DNA of 64,000 bases from positions 62,001 through 126,000 of the forward strand of contig SMSO01000032.1 in NCBI GenBank assembly GCA_004764695.1, given 5' to 3'. The DNA comes from Schizochytrium sp. TIO01. Lineage: Eukaryota > Protista > Bigyra: Labyrinthulomycetes. The notes beneath the pieces are model-generated. The model searched no databases, had not been told where the DNA came from, and saw only the letters and a list, made by a program, of their open reading frames with translations. Positions 17,959-28,898 of the stretch are shown in pieces. The position numbers were made by a program, and so were the translations under genes. Position 1 is the first letter of the stretch; each line of letters begins with the position of its first letter.

Positions 17959-20457
17959 TCAACGGAGGCCCTCCTCCTTCATCTCGTCAAGATTCTGCTG
18001 AAAGAGCATGCTTGCACCACAGCGGAGCACCCGCAGGCCGTCCAAAATATCGTCACGCGCCTCCTTGGTGTCTAGTTCAATAAAGACCGAAGAGTAGCCA
18101 ATCTTCTTGGCATGTGGAGACATTTGCAGAGAAACACAGTACTTGACACGCTCTTCATAGTCCATATCAGCCTTGTTGTCATCCTCGTCATCCTCGTCAC
18201 CAACTTCATCATCTTCATTCTGCCCATCTTCAGCATCACTACCTTCTTCTTCTGCGTTCATTCTGCCCGAGCGTTGTTTGGCATTCTGGCGTCTATTAGG
18301 GGCCATCTGATCAAGGTCACTCTCATCGTCATCAGAGTCATCCTCGCTGCCATAAGACTCACCATAAGACTCAGCTTTGGCCGTGCGTTTCTCCTTGGAG
18401 CCGCCACGCAGCTCACCAAATCGAAGCGACTTGTCGTCCTCGCCTGCATAAATACGGTGAATGTAGCGCAACTCAATCCGCGAATAGCCTGGCTTAAGTA
18501 CGCTTCCACGGGAGACCGGTTGCCACACAAGGTTCTCGAAGTAGCGGTCCAAGAAGAATACCACATGACGCGAATATGCGCCATCCTCTTCGTGTTTGAC
18601 GGCCACCACACCAAGGCGAAAAGCTGCTTTTACTGTCTCACAAAGATCATAGCTAGCCCGAAGCTTTTTGTCCTTGAGAATACTGTATGCACGTCCAATT
18701 TCTGCAAATGCCTTGGTATCCACGTCTCGGTTTTTATCAGGGTGGAAGTTTTTGGCAAGATTGTAATATGTCTTGCGAATCAGAGGCAGCTTTGCATCGG
18801 GTGGTACGCCCAGGATGTCATAATAGGTCTGAGGGAGGGTGCGTGGTTTCTCGGTCATGTCCATACCAACTTGAGAGGTACGCCGGCTCTCAGTACGGCG
18901 AAGGCGGTTCATCTCCTTGAGGTTAAGTTCCTTCTTTTCAGCAGCACAAAGAATGTTGTTGTTAATGGCCGCGTGCCACTGGCGCGCCTCTTCCTCAGAC
19001 TCAGTGGATATGCGCATTTTGCGCTCGATTGGTGAAGCAGGTACAATATAGAGGTAGAAGATGCGAGGTTTGCCCGAGTTTTCTCGCTTTGGCTCTTGCA
19101 CATACACAGTGCAAGTTGCGCCGTCGAGTTTGAGGATGCGTCTAACGCTAGCCGACTCTGACTTCACGCTGTAGCTAAGAAGGTTGCCGTCCAACATAAA
19201 GTACCGCATGTGAGGAGAGGCAAAGAGTTTACCGGTTGAGGGGAGCTTGCGCATGTAGCCTGCAAGTCGCATCATTACGTACATGGGTTCCATAAGGGCC
19301 CGCGCCTCTTCCTCGTCCTCTGGTGCGTCTTCAGTGGCTTCCTTGGCAGCATCCGGGTCAATCGTGCCGTCTCCCACGGGAACCTGGGATGCCCTTCGCA
19401 GAGTACGCATGGAGAAGCCATTTTGCCCCCTTTCCAGCTTAGGTGGCGGCGGTAGCAACATCATAAGGTCTTCCATAGCCTCGTCCTCCTCTACAGGGAA
19501 GAGGCCCATGGTCGGTACGTTTCGGGATCCGACGCTAGCCCTCGATGCCTGTGACTGTCTCCTGGTCGTGGTCGGCACAGGTGCATATGCCGAGTTCACT
19601 TCGTCATCTTCGCCCTCTGTGCCGCGTCCATAGAAGCTTCCTCCTTCGTCATCCTCATAGTCTTCATCACCAACAATCTGGTCTTCTGCACCTCCGATGT
19701 TCAAGCCCGTCGTAATGTAGCTCGCCTCGTCGTCGCTTTCATCATCAGCATCTTCGTCATCAACGCCTTCTTTATCATCAACATCTTCACCAGCTCCACC
19801 GTCAAAGCTTCTTCCGTGCCCAGAGTACTGTGACATGCGTCTTCTATTCTCCGCTGCATCTGATAGCGCCACTGACGCTTTTCGTGGTTTGCTTTCCGCA
19901 AAGTTTGCTGCATCAAGGTCTACCGGTACGTACTTGCTGCTGTTATAAGCTTGCTCTTCTGCACCAGCATTTTTCATGTCACTATCGAAGTCATTTCCGT
20001 CGAGGCTAATGCCATAAATGCCATTTCCGTTGAGATCTTTTCCTCCAAGGTCATTTCCATTTCGGTTGAGATCCTGGCGTCCAGAGCTCGCATCAACGCT
20101 GAAGTTCTGACGGCGACCGTGATCATGAAGTTCTTCGCCGTCTCCGTCCAGATCAACGCTGGCACCCATGCCAAAGAGATCTCTGTCAGATTCTTTAACA
20201 GACTTCTTTGCAGAGGCAGCTGAAGAACTTTTCCTTGGCGACGGTGGCAGAGACGGCGGTGGTGGCGGCGAATCTGGCAGATGGACAGGCGGTAGAACAA
20301 GCGGGGTTGCCTGCTGTCCAGAGCGTTTTTTCTCGGCCTGGTGCTGCTGGGCTGACTCGCTAAGTGCATTTTGAATGCGTTGACATTCCTCAAGGTCCTT
20401 GCGAGCAGCCTCTAACGCAGCGCGGCTCTCGCGCAAGAGCTTGCGCACCTCCTCCAT
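17959..20457 (-). CDS. PH domain + DnaJ (J-domain) + PLC-type PH domain protein
   Basis: PH: AGYMRKL..RYFMLDGNLLSY..STESEEEARQWHAAI. J-domain: TYYDILGV..IRKTYYNLAKNFHPDKN..FAEIGRAYSILKD..RASYD. Second PH: VVFFLD..LVWQ..IELRYIHRIYAG..CVSL..IELDTKEARDDILDGLRVL. Confidence 0.85.
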   Translation of the reverse strand: MEEVRKLLRESRAALEAARKDLEECQRIQNALSESAQQHQAEKKRSGQQATPLVLPPVHLPDSPPPPPSLPPSPRKSSSAASAKKSVKESDRDLFGMGASVDLDGDGEELHDHGRRQNFSVDASSGRQDLNRNGNDLGGKDLNGNGIYGISLDGNDFDSDMKNAGAEEQAYNSSKYVPVDLDAANFAESKPRKASVALSDAAENRRRMSQYSGHGRSFDGGAGEDVDDKEGVDDEDADDESDDEASYITTGLNIGGAEDQIVGDEDYEDDEGGSFYGRGTEGEDDEVNSAYAPVPTTTRRQSQASRASVGSRNVPTMGLFPVEEDEAMEDLMMLLPPPPKLERGQNGFSMRTLRRASQVPVGDGTIDPDAAKEATEDAPEDEEEARALMEPMYVMMRLAGYMRKLPSTGKLFASPHMRYFMLDGNLLSYSVKSESASVRRILKLDGATCTVYVQEPKRENSGKPRIFYLYIVPASPIERKMRISTESEEEARQWHAAINNNILCAAEKKELNLKEMNRLRRTESRRTSQVGMDMTEKPRTLPQTYYDILGVPPDAKLPLIRKTYYNLAKNFHPDKNRDVDTKAFAEIGRAYSILKDKKLRASYDLCETVKAAFRLGVVAVKHEEDGAYSRHVVFFLDRYFENLVWQPVSRGSVLKPGYSRIELRYIHRIYAGEDDKSLRFGELRGGSKEKRTAKAESYGESYGSEDDSDDDESDLDQMAPNRRQNAKQRSGRMNAEEEGSDAEDGQNEDDEVGDEDDEDDNKADMDYEERVKYCVSLQMSPHAKKIGYSSVFIELDTKEARDDILDGLRVLRCGASMLFQQNLDEMKEEGLR

Positions 20458-21172
20458 GATGCCAGACCGCCAATGCCGAGGCGGGTGCCAGGTAGTCGAA
20501 CAAGCGGCCGAGGTGCCAAGGCGGGAACGTGGTTTTTGCGCTGCTAGATTCGGTAGAGGTTAGGCTCGAAGGGTGAAACGGAGCGTAGAGTTGAGTTGGG
20601 TGTCTTCAAGTAGCCTTGATCGACAATTTCATCGATTGATGTATTGATTTTGATTGCTTTAAATGTTATCAAATACAGTTTCTGCTCAGCGCTACTTACA
20701 TAGGTACTACTACTACTGGTAAAAATTGTTTTAATTAAAGTAACAATTAAAATTATTAAAAGAGGACACATGGGATTAGAACTGACTATCGCTTCAGTAG
20801 CAGTGAACGATTCAAATGGTGCAAACGAAATGGAAGAATCTCTTTCGAGGAGAAGTTCACATGTTCAGGTTGTGCACAATGATGCTCAGATCCTCTTTCT
20901 GGATAGGTCCAAAACAACGAGTTTAGGCGTCTATGGAGATGAAATCACATGTTCCAAATGGTAAGCGTCTGCCACCCTCTTCTTTCGGCATATCTTCTTA
21001 AGCATTTTGCTTGCACAATGTACGATCACTGCACTCGCTGTCTTTTGTTATTCGTTTATTATTTCTTTATTCATCTATCTTTTTTTAGAGTTATAACTAT
21101 CAGATACCATAAAACCCCTTAGAGAGTCCACTTTAGTGTCTTTCATGAAGTATATTTTTATGTATTTTTCGA

Positions 21173-21240
<68 letters not shown>
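21173..21240. repeat. (AAT)n microsatellite
   Basis: About 22 perfect AAT units. Confidence 0.95.
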
Positions 21241-21242
<2 letters not shown>

Positions 21243-22041
21243 GAAGGGGAAAAATTGTCACAAAGGCCTACTGCTACGAGTAGAAGTTGGTTAGGTAAAG
21301 GAAATTGAAAGGTTAAAAAGGATTAGTACTAGAACCAAGTAATATTTTGGTAGCGCGGGGAGATAAAAGAAATTAGAGAAGAAGTGATGTATCAAGACCA
21401 CTTCTTGAGCCAAGACTCTTTGGAATGTGGTATGTGCACACGCGGCTTCAACATTGATCATACAAATGATGTTGCGCTGTTCCCACGTGAGCGTTTGCAA
21501 TACAAGATGCAGCAGGGGTGGAGGTCATCATGGAGTGATGCTCAGAGAAACAAGGAGATGGGGCAAGTAACCGCACCCCACGGCGCACATGAAAGAACTG
21601 TGTTTGCTCACCAACAGCATGGACGAGAGCATTTAATCCTGTAGTTGTTCGAAATTATGAGAAAACGCATCACGGCATCACCAAGACATTTGATCTGAAG
21701 CCGATTAGTGATGGTGTCACCAGTGAAGGAGAGAATGCATCAATTGCAACAGCAGCAGGCGATTGAGAAAATGGGCGATTGCAGATAAGCAGTAGCGATA
21801 CGAGTAAAGTTATTTAAGATAGATAAGATAAAGCATAGGTGAGCAATCTTGATTGTCCTTACCCAGACTGTTTCGATTCTAAAGTTTAGATAGGTAATCG
21901 TGGATCCGAAGGAAAATCAAAATCTACAGTATTTGCCCAAAACGAAAATGTGATAGTGTTCTTCAGGGAATCTCTTCAATTCCCGAAACAAATAAAGCAC
22001 GCGTCGAAGAATGCTGCTTTAAAAGAAGACTTGAAGACAGT

Positions 22042-22893
22042 TTATAGATTGGAAAACTTGGGCTTGGGGCCGTTCTTCTGAAGCGCAGCTTTAGCAGCCT
22101 CGTAAACCTCTCCAGTCTGAATAGCTGCCGCGTTCCACGTGGCGACGCGCTCCAGGGAATCGGCAATGGTATGCTCCCGGCTGTAGTTTAAATTATTCTT
22201 TGTGCCAGCCACAGCAATAGGTGACTTGGATGCAATCAACTGGGCCAAAGCCATGCCCTCTTTGAACAGAGTTTCGTTATCAGGAAAAACATTGCTCACA
22301 AAACCAGCACTCTTAGCCTCAGCAGCATCCATCTTGCGACCAGTGTAAGCGAGCTCACGGGCAAGACTGTTGTTGCCAAGAGTGTGGTGAAGACGCTGCA
22401 GGGTGCCAACATCTGCAGCAATGCCAACGTTCACCTCTTGAATGGAGAAATAAGCATCCTTGGAGCACAGGCGGATGTCACACGCCGTCAAGAGGTCGAT
22501 AGCTCCTCCAATCGCAGCGCTGTGCACACATGCGATCACGGGCTGCGGACAGTTCTCCATAGCCGTAAAGGTCTCCTGCATCGGGAGCACGGCAATGCGG
22601 GTGCGCCAAAATTTGTGCGCGGGATCCATTTTATTCGCAACAGGGTCAGATCCACCGAGCACCGAGGGCTCCTTGATGTCGAGGCCCACACTGAAGAACC
22701 TGCCTTGTCCGGTGACAAGAATTGCACGGCACTCTGAGTCCGTGGCCAGCGTCTGAAACACCTGCCTGTACTCACGCCAAAAGTCTCCATTCATGGCATT
22801 TCCTGCATTGGGTCTCGCAAGCTCCACGCGCACAACATGTCCTTCCCGAGACAGCTTAAGCGTCTTAAGTTCAAGGTCCTCGAGCCGAGTCAT
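22042..22893 (-). CDS. ECH1: Delta(3,5)-delta(2,4)-dienoyl-CoA isomerase (crotonase family)
   Basis: FSVGLD oxyanion motif, PVIACVHSAAIGGAIDLLTACDIR, IQEVNVGIAADVGTLQRL (catalytic Glu/Asp), SKSPIAVAGTK, C-terminal FSNL. First ATG at 22893. Confidence 0.92.
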   Translation of the reverse strand: MTRLEDLELKTLKLSREGHVVRVELARPNAGNAMNGDFWREYRQVFQTLATDSECRAILVTGQGRFFSVGLDIKEPSVLGGSDPVANKMDPAHKFWRTRIAVLPMQETFTAMENCPQPVIACVHSAAIGGAIDLLTACDIRLCSKDAYFSIQEVNVGIAADVGTLQRLHHTLGNNSLARELAYTGRKMDAAEAKSAGFVSNVFPDNETLFKEGMALAQLIASKSPIAVAGTKNNLNYSREHTIADSLERVATWNAAAIQTGEVYEAAKAALQKNGPKPKFSNL

Positions 22894-23769
22894 TCTTCTA
22901 CTTCGTCTGGTCAATCCTGCGAGAATCTACCTCCACTGCCAAAGCTGCAAATGCTCTTCGCACCCGTTCCCTTCGGAAGCTCCTCGATGCAGAATCGAGC
23001 CGAACTGAAGAGTAGGCAGAGCTGATTTGGGTCTGTCTGATCGTTCATGTGATTGATTGCATTTCCCGCCATCTCCATTACCCGTCTTGGTCCGCGCCTT
23101 TGCGCCCTCTTTCTCACTCGGACCCCCTCTAATTCTTTCAATTAAAATTTTATTAAAAATTAAGTAAGCCACTCTAAACGCTAGCGCCCCTTAGCCGCTC
23201 CTAGGTGCTCTTCTCCTCTTTGCGTTTCTTTTCTCTTTGTTGTTTTTCGTTTTCTATCAGTGTAATCAGAAGTGCTCCAGTCCGAAAGCAACCTGGAAAA
23301 CCAAGCCTCCCAACTCTAGAGAATTAGTAGCGCTAGGTGTCTAGTAGAGATAGCCCGAGAAGGGGGATCTCTTCAAGCTTCGCTTAGTTTCAAGACTCCT
23401 GTGCTTTCTTATCATAACTGATGAACCATAAGTACTAACTCGCAGATCATCTTCCGTTCCGATCCTCAGGCGTCGGACGGGAACGAAAGCAATTGATTGT
23501 ACTTTTAATCTTAATTTTTAATTGAAAATGAAATACAACTCATCCGCTAGAAAGAATGCGAGACGGTGACTCGATTCCTGCGTACAGTCGTAGACTCTTA
23601 AATGTTTGACCTTGAGTTTCCAATCTTTTCCAAATTGTTTGCTTGATCGCTGTGGACTTCATCGAAGATGATCTATCCTGAGAGCCTTCGCTGTGTCCTG
23701 GTGAAAAGCAAGCCATTGTAAGAATATGCAAGTGCATGGAAAGCCTGGTTTTCTCTAGCAGCGTTGTAC

Positions 23770-23872
23770 GTACTTACTTACTTATTTACTTATTTACCTA
23801 TTTACTTATTTACTTATTTACTTATTTACTTATTTACTTATTTACTTACTTACTTACCTACTTGGTTACTTA
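23770..23872. repeat. Compound (TACT)/(TACTTATT)n simple repeat
   Basis: Run of tacttatt and tact units. Confidence 0.85.
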
Positions 23873-24895
23873 CCAAATCTACAGATTGAAGTTACTTTAG
23901 CGAGTCCATCGAATTATTCATTTATGGAGCTGCAAATGAAGCACATTTATTTATTTACTTGCTTACTTACTTAGTGCGTTGAAGCTGCTTTTGTTTCGAT
24001 ATTTTCACACTAGGACAAAGGGTGATTTTGGCAAAGTTAATCAGCTAACTGCCAAAGGCCCTATTACAGCAGCAATGACTTTCCATCTTGCAACTCTAGC
24101 TAGAGTTTCTGAGAACGTTGGTGGGAATCGAGTTGCGGCAAAAGAGGAAATGATAAAAGCGTGTCCTGTGTGTACAATTCTAGATTGTAAGGACTCGTAC
24201 TAGTCGTGGCAGACTTTTTGCTTTCAGCTCCGAAGAGACTGACTTGGAACTTGGAATATGAATGAATGAACTTGGGTCATGTCACAGTATCATGAGTTGG
24301 AGAGTCAATATTCTGCGAGACCAGGATACTCGTGTGCAGAAGCTTCAAATTCACGAGGCACACTGACAGCTACATTGCTAACCCCCCGTCGTTAAAATAT
24401 TCATAGAATCCCTGTGAGCTTGACAAGAGGGTAACCGTGAAGAATATTGAATATACGTGTATGCTTGACCATTGGCATCTTATTCCTCCACAGAAGAAGT
24501 TGTAGAGTCTTGTTGACATCATCAACATGAAACATGAAGCACGAAAGTTTCATCTTTCTCTGTCTTGGTCACTTCTTCTAACTAATGGTACGAGGTCTGC
24601 ATTTCCTCGCCGCCTTCAAAAATGAACATCCTTTTTCTCTCCAAAAATGTAACTATTGCTATATCATCTACCTCTAGCTAGGTGCATTAAAATAGGTAAA
24701 TAGTCTACTTGGCAGGACATAAAATGGGCAAAAGTGTGTGACCACCCACCATGCCCAAAAGCACTCCAAAAGCCTCTTGCAAAAAAGCTTTGCACGCAAA
24801 GCTTTGCTTGCAAAAGGGGCTCGACGGCTCTCCGGCGCTTGCAAGGTCTATCCCCATAGGCATCCCATTAACTCCGTTACCACAACTTTGCCACC

Positions 24896-27160
24896 ATGGA
24901 CGCCGCCGCCGCCGCCGTTGGTGAGAAGCGTCCTGCCCCGGATTCCGAGGTTGATGCCGTCGCCCCTGAGGGCAACGATAACAACGACAACGATGCCGCC
25001 GCCCTCGCAGAGGTCTCTGGTGCAGAGGTCCGCCCCGACGAGGATGAGGTCGCTGGCGACGCCGAAGAAGGCAGACCGAAGCTGACGATCCTAAACGCTG
25101 GCCAGCACCTCATGAACAAGAAGGTCAAGGTGCAGCTTGTTCGCAACAAGATCAAGCATCACAAGACTGTAAAGGTGACAAAATTGTCGCATGCAGTTGT
25201 CTACTTTGACACCAAGGAGGATCTTGAGTTGGCTAGACCAGTGATGGAAACCATCAAGAACCGTAATGGCGATCTTTGGAAGGTCGTGGACTACATCAGA
25301 CCCTCTTCAGATCTTAAGGACTACCAGGACCGCGGCGAGAATGGCAGCAAGAGAAAGCGTGCTCGCCGTGAAGGAGCCGACGGCAAGAAGTCCGGAAACG
25401 AAGATGGAGAGCAAGAACCCGAAGCTGAACGCACGGCCGCCTCATCCACAATTCCTTGGGCATCCATTCCTTACGAAGAACAGCTTGTGAAAAAGCAGTT
25501 CTGGGCAAGCGCCATGATCCGCCGTGTCCTCCGCAGACTCGTCAAGACCGAAAAGGGAGGATCCGCAACACCTATGGAGTGGACCGAAGATATTCGCCGC
25601 CAGTTCGATGGCCGTGGTCGTAACGTTGAGGGCCCTCAACCTGGCGATGAGGCCCTCAAGACCCGTATTGGCATGATTCCTGGAGCACCGTGTCCTCTCG
25701 AAAAGATCATCGCTTCGCCACAACAGGAGGGATACCGCAACAAGTGCTCCTTTACGATCGGCCGTGATAGTGAAGGTAAGGTCGCTGTTGGTTTCCGTGT
25801 TTCTGCATTCAAGATGGGATCTGTTCGTGTTGGCCGTCTTGAGGACTGTATCCACGTTCCCAAGGCAGCTCGTGAGTTCGCCCTTGCCTTGGAGAAACAC
25901 ATTTCAGAATCCTCCAAGCTTGCTCCTTTTGACCTTGAGGACAAATCAGGCTTCTGGCAAACGTGCACTGTGCGCTACTTTGAGTCTACAAAGTCTCTCT
26001 TGGCCTGCCTCGTCGTCAGTACCAAGAAGGAGGAGACCGAGACCGTTGACCAGGAGCTCAAGGCTATTACCGAGGCTCTCATTGCCCAGACCTATGATGG
26101 TGTGGAACTCCAGTCCTTTTCCGTGATCAAGCCTGAAGCAAACCAGCTCCCGGGTCCCAATGACGAAGTTGTGCTCCTGCACGGCAAGCCTTGCATCATC
26201 GACCACGTCGATGGTCTTGACTTCGAGGTATCTCCCAACGCATTCTTCCAGGTCAACTCGTCATGCGCAGAAGCCCTCTTTCAGAAGATTCGCGAGTGGA
26301 CTTGGTACGCTCCTGGTGAGGAGGTTCCTGCTGAGGCTAAGAACCTCGCCCCGGCACCGGAAGGCAACCCTAACGGCCCTACGGTTCTCGATGTTTGCTG
26401 TGGTACCGGTACCATTGGTATGTGCATGGCACGGTCTGCAAAGCACGTGGTTGGTGTCGACATGGTTGAGGATGGAATTAAGGATGCTCGTCGCAACGCT
26501 GAGCTGAATAACATTAAGAACACCACCTTTGTAGCGTCCAAGATCGAGGACGTTGTCAACGATCTTCTTCGCGGCATGCACAACATTACCAACCGCCCGT
26601 CTTCTAAGGACTTTACCCCGCCCGAGGGCCTTGAGGATGCGCGCAAATACATTGTTGAGGCTGGTGATGCTGGACTCGTTGCTATTGTAGACCCTCCCCG
26701 CGCCGGTCTTCACAAGCGTGTCATTCGTGAGCTTCGCGTCTGCGATCAGATTACCAACCTTATTTACGTTTCCTGTGATGCCGAGCTGGCTTTGACAAAC
26801 TTTATTGATCTGTGCCGTCGTGAGCATGGCCAACGCCCTGGCAAGCCTTTTCGCCCTGTTCGTGCCATCCCTGTTGATCTCTTCCCGCACACACCCCACT
26901 GCGAGCTTATCATTCAGTTTGAAAAGATCACTGATGCCAAGACTCACAAAGAATACGTTGCCGAGCAAAAGGCTGCTAAGGAGTCCACTGATGCCTTCCT
27001 CGGCAAAAAGACAACAACAGAGACCGAGGACAAGACGGAGGAGACTACCGAGGCACCTGCTACTGCTGCTGACGACAAGGCGGAAAATACCACTAGTGCT
27101 GCTGATGACACTGCTGCTGCCCCTGCTGAAGCTAGCGAGCCCTCCGCAATGCAGGAGTAA
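24896..27160 (+). CDS. TRM2: tRNA (uracil-54-C5)-methyltransferase, TRM2/TRMT2A family
   Basis: GYRNKCSFTIG, SPNAFFQVN, SAM motif VLDVCCGTGTIG, AIVDPPRAGLH, catalytic IYVSC, PVDLFPHTPHCE; N-terminal RRM-like segment. Confidence 0.93.
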   Translation: MDAAAAAVGEKRPAPDSEVDAVAPEGNDNNDNDAAALAEVSGAEVRPDEDEVAGDAEEGRPKLTILNAGQHLMNKKVKVQLVRNKIKHHKTVKVTKLSHAVVYFDTKEDLELARPVMETIKNRNGDLWKVVDYIRPSSDLKDYQDRGENGSKRKRARREGADGKKSGNEDGEQEPEAERTAASSTIPWASIPYEEQLVKKQFWASAMIRRVLRRLVKTEKGGSATPMEWTEDIRRQFDGRGRNVEGPQPGDEALKTRIGMIPGAPCPLEKIIASPQQEGYRNKCSFTIGRDSEGKVAVGFRVSAFKMGSVRVGRLEDCIHVPKAAREFALALEKHISESSKLAPFDLEDKSGFWQTCTVRYFESTKSLLACLVVSTKKEETETVDQELKAITEALIAQTYDGVELQSFSVIKPEANQLPGPNDEVVLLHGKPCIIDHVDGLDFEVSPNAFFQVNSSCAEALFQKIREWTWYAPGEEVPAEAKNLAPAPEGNPNGPTVLDVCCGTGTIGMCMARSAKHVVGVDMVEDGIKDARRNAELNNIKNTTFVASKIEDVVNDLLRGMHNITNRPSSKDFTPPEGLEDARKYIVEAGDAGLVAIVDPPRAGLHKRVIRELRVCDQITNLIYVSCDAELALTNFIDLCRREHGQRPGKPFRPVRAIPVDLFPHTPHCELIIQFEKITDAKTHKEYVAEQKAAKESTDAFLGKKTTTETEDKTEETTEAPATAADDKAENTTSAADDTAAAPAEASEPSAMQE

Positions 27161-28454
27161 ATTAAACGCTCGTACTTTGGCGTTAGTCTTGTGTTTGTAA
27201 AAGAATATCCTTGCTCCAATGTCGATAAAGCTTTCGCTCGCGCCTGTGTTCAACAATGCATAAAAAATACAAATCTTAAAATGCAATTCCCTCATCTGAG
27301 TTCATATAAAAACACCTATTGAGCTCACTTCCCCTGTTTATGCGCTTATCAACCCTCTCCTTGAATGAAAGAAAAGTTAAGATGCAAGACCATATGCAGT
27401 TTGGAAAAGATAACGGTGATAGTCATTAATGTATGATCTAGACACACGAGTTCTTTGGTACGGTAGTAATTCCTAATCAAATTTTGAAATGATCTTCATC
27501 TCGAACCCCGTCTCTTCCATATGTATATTGTTCGTAGCGTACGACGTCTCCATATTTTGAGAAAGTCGCAGGTTCTGGTTTTGTCCCATTACAAATTCAC
27601 CAACCGTGGTGTTTTGAAATCTATAACATTCGCCATACTTTTCTTTTCGATGAGAAGAAGCTCCATTTAAATTGCGAATTTATTCTCACTTGTTACTTGT
27701 CAATCCTTTACTTCAGTAAAACCTAAAGTAAAAGAATATCACTCATATTATAGTCAAATGTGTGCGACTGCAAACTTGGTTTACCAAAAGTGATAATGTA
27801 TCTGCAAGACTGTCGCAAATCACAAACACCCAAACCAGAATCCATCCTCTTGATTTCCAGTATCCATATGGATAGATAGACTTATCTCGCAACTTCATGC
27901 AGTAGCCTACTCGTCCCCATCCGCTTGCTTTTGCACCACCGGGATGCAGACCCAAGATGGCGACGTTCAACCATCCTAGCTTCTAATATGATTTTCAGAT
28001 AATATGCACCTGCCTAGGTAGTAGTAGGTAGGCAGTCGTAGACGAGTGCATTCGATGGGTACCCCTGCGTCCGTCCATGTTCTATATGGACACTGGCTCG
28101 CGAGCGCAAATTCACCGTACGAGTGCACAACGTAGAGACCTTCTTCTTCGGAGACCTTGGCGAACGAAGAGGTACCAAGAAGGACGCTTTGGCTCTCTGA
28201 CGAGTGAAAGGCCGTCAACTCAAGTCAATATATTATGTACACCTCTTAGACTTCTCGTCGCGATTGTTATTCCGCAGGTTAGAAGAGCATTTACAAATAA
28301 TTGGCAGGGGTGGCCTTAATCCAGGAATGCAGTAGTCAAGAGTGAGAAGACTTCACTCAACGAAGGAATCCACAGGGGATAGACTCTGCAGGCGAGGTCG
28401 CCATTGTATTCGTGGAGTGCTACGGGTGCAACTATCTCTATGGCCATCGACAGC

Positions 28455-28898
28455 TTACCCTGTAGTTTGGTACTTCTCCTCAAGAGCTCTTTTCTCGTCC
28501 ATTCCTCGCTTTGCTACCAGAGCTGCCACGCTTAAAGATGCTGTTCGATACAAACGTGAAAAACAGCAAATGTCCCAGCAGGCAACAACAGACACACGCC
28601 GTGCACAGATTAAGAGCTCGTGGGTTTGCGATCTTGAGCGCCACGGCATTTTGACTTCAAGTTTGTCGATGTCTCGACAGGCCACGGTATCCAAAAAAGA
28701 AAGAGCAAAGCCTTTGTGGATGTCGTTGACATTGTCGTAACAAGAAGGTGGGGAAGAAGATCTCCATGATCCATTCCAAGTCGAACGTCATTCCGTATGA
28801 CTCGAACCGCCTCAAACAACAGCCCGTGGCTTCAAGAGCACGTATTGTCTTTGATCACATGGGCTGACGAAGCTGTCCGCTGCCGAGAGAGCGAACAT
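28455..28898 (-). pseudogene. Possible frameshifted remnant of a Chorein-N (VPS13/ATG2 N-terminal) domain
   Basis: Across frameshifts: MFALSAADSF... DVRLGMDHGDLL / NVNDIHKGFALSFLDTVACRDIDKLEVKMPWRSRSQTHELLICARRVSVVA. This resembles the Chorein-N pattern L.lGiw.Gdv.L...I.kL.vkiPW.....v.i..v.vv. Confidence 0.3.

Noticed and set aside
18112-19035. 307-aa hydrophobic-looking plus-strand ORF
   Set aside because: Antisense to the acidic GAT/GAC-rich region of the J-protein; artefact.
26261-27295. 344-aa antisense ORF over TRM2
   Set aside because: Shadow ORF caused by codon bias of the sense gene; no recognisable motifs.
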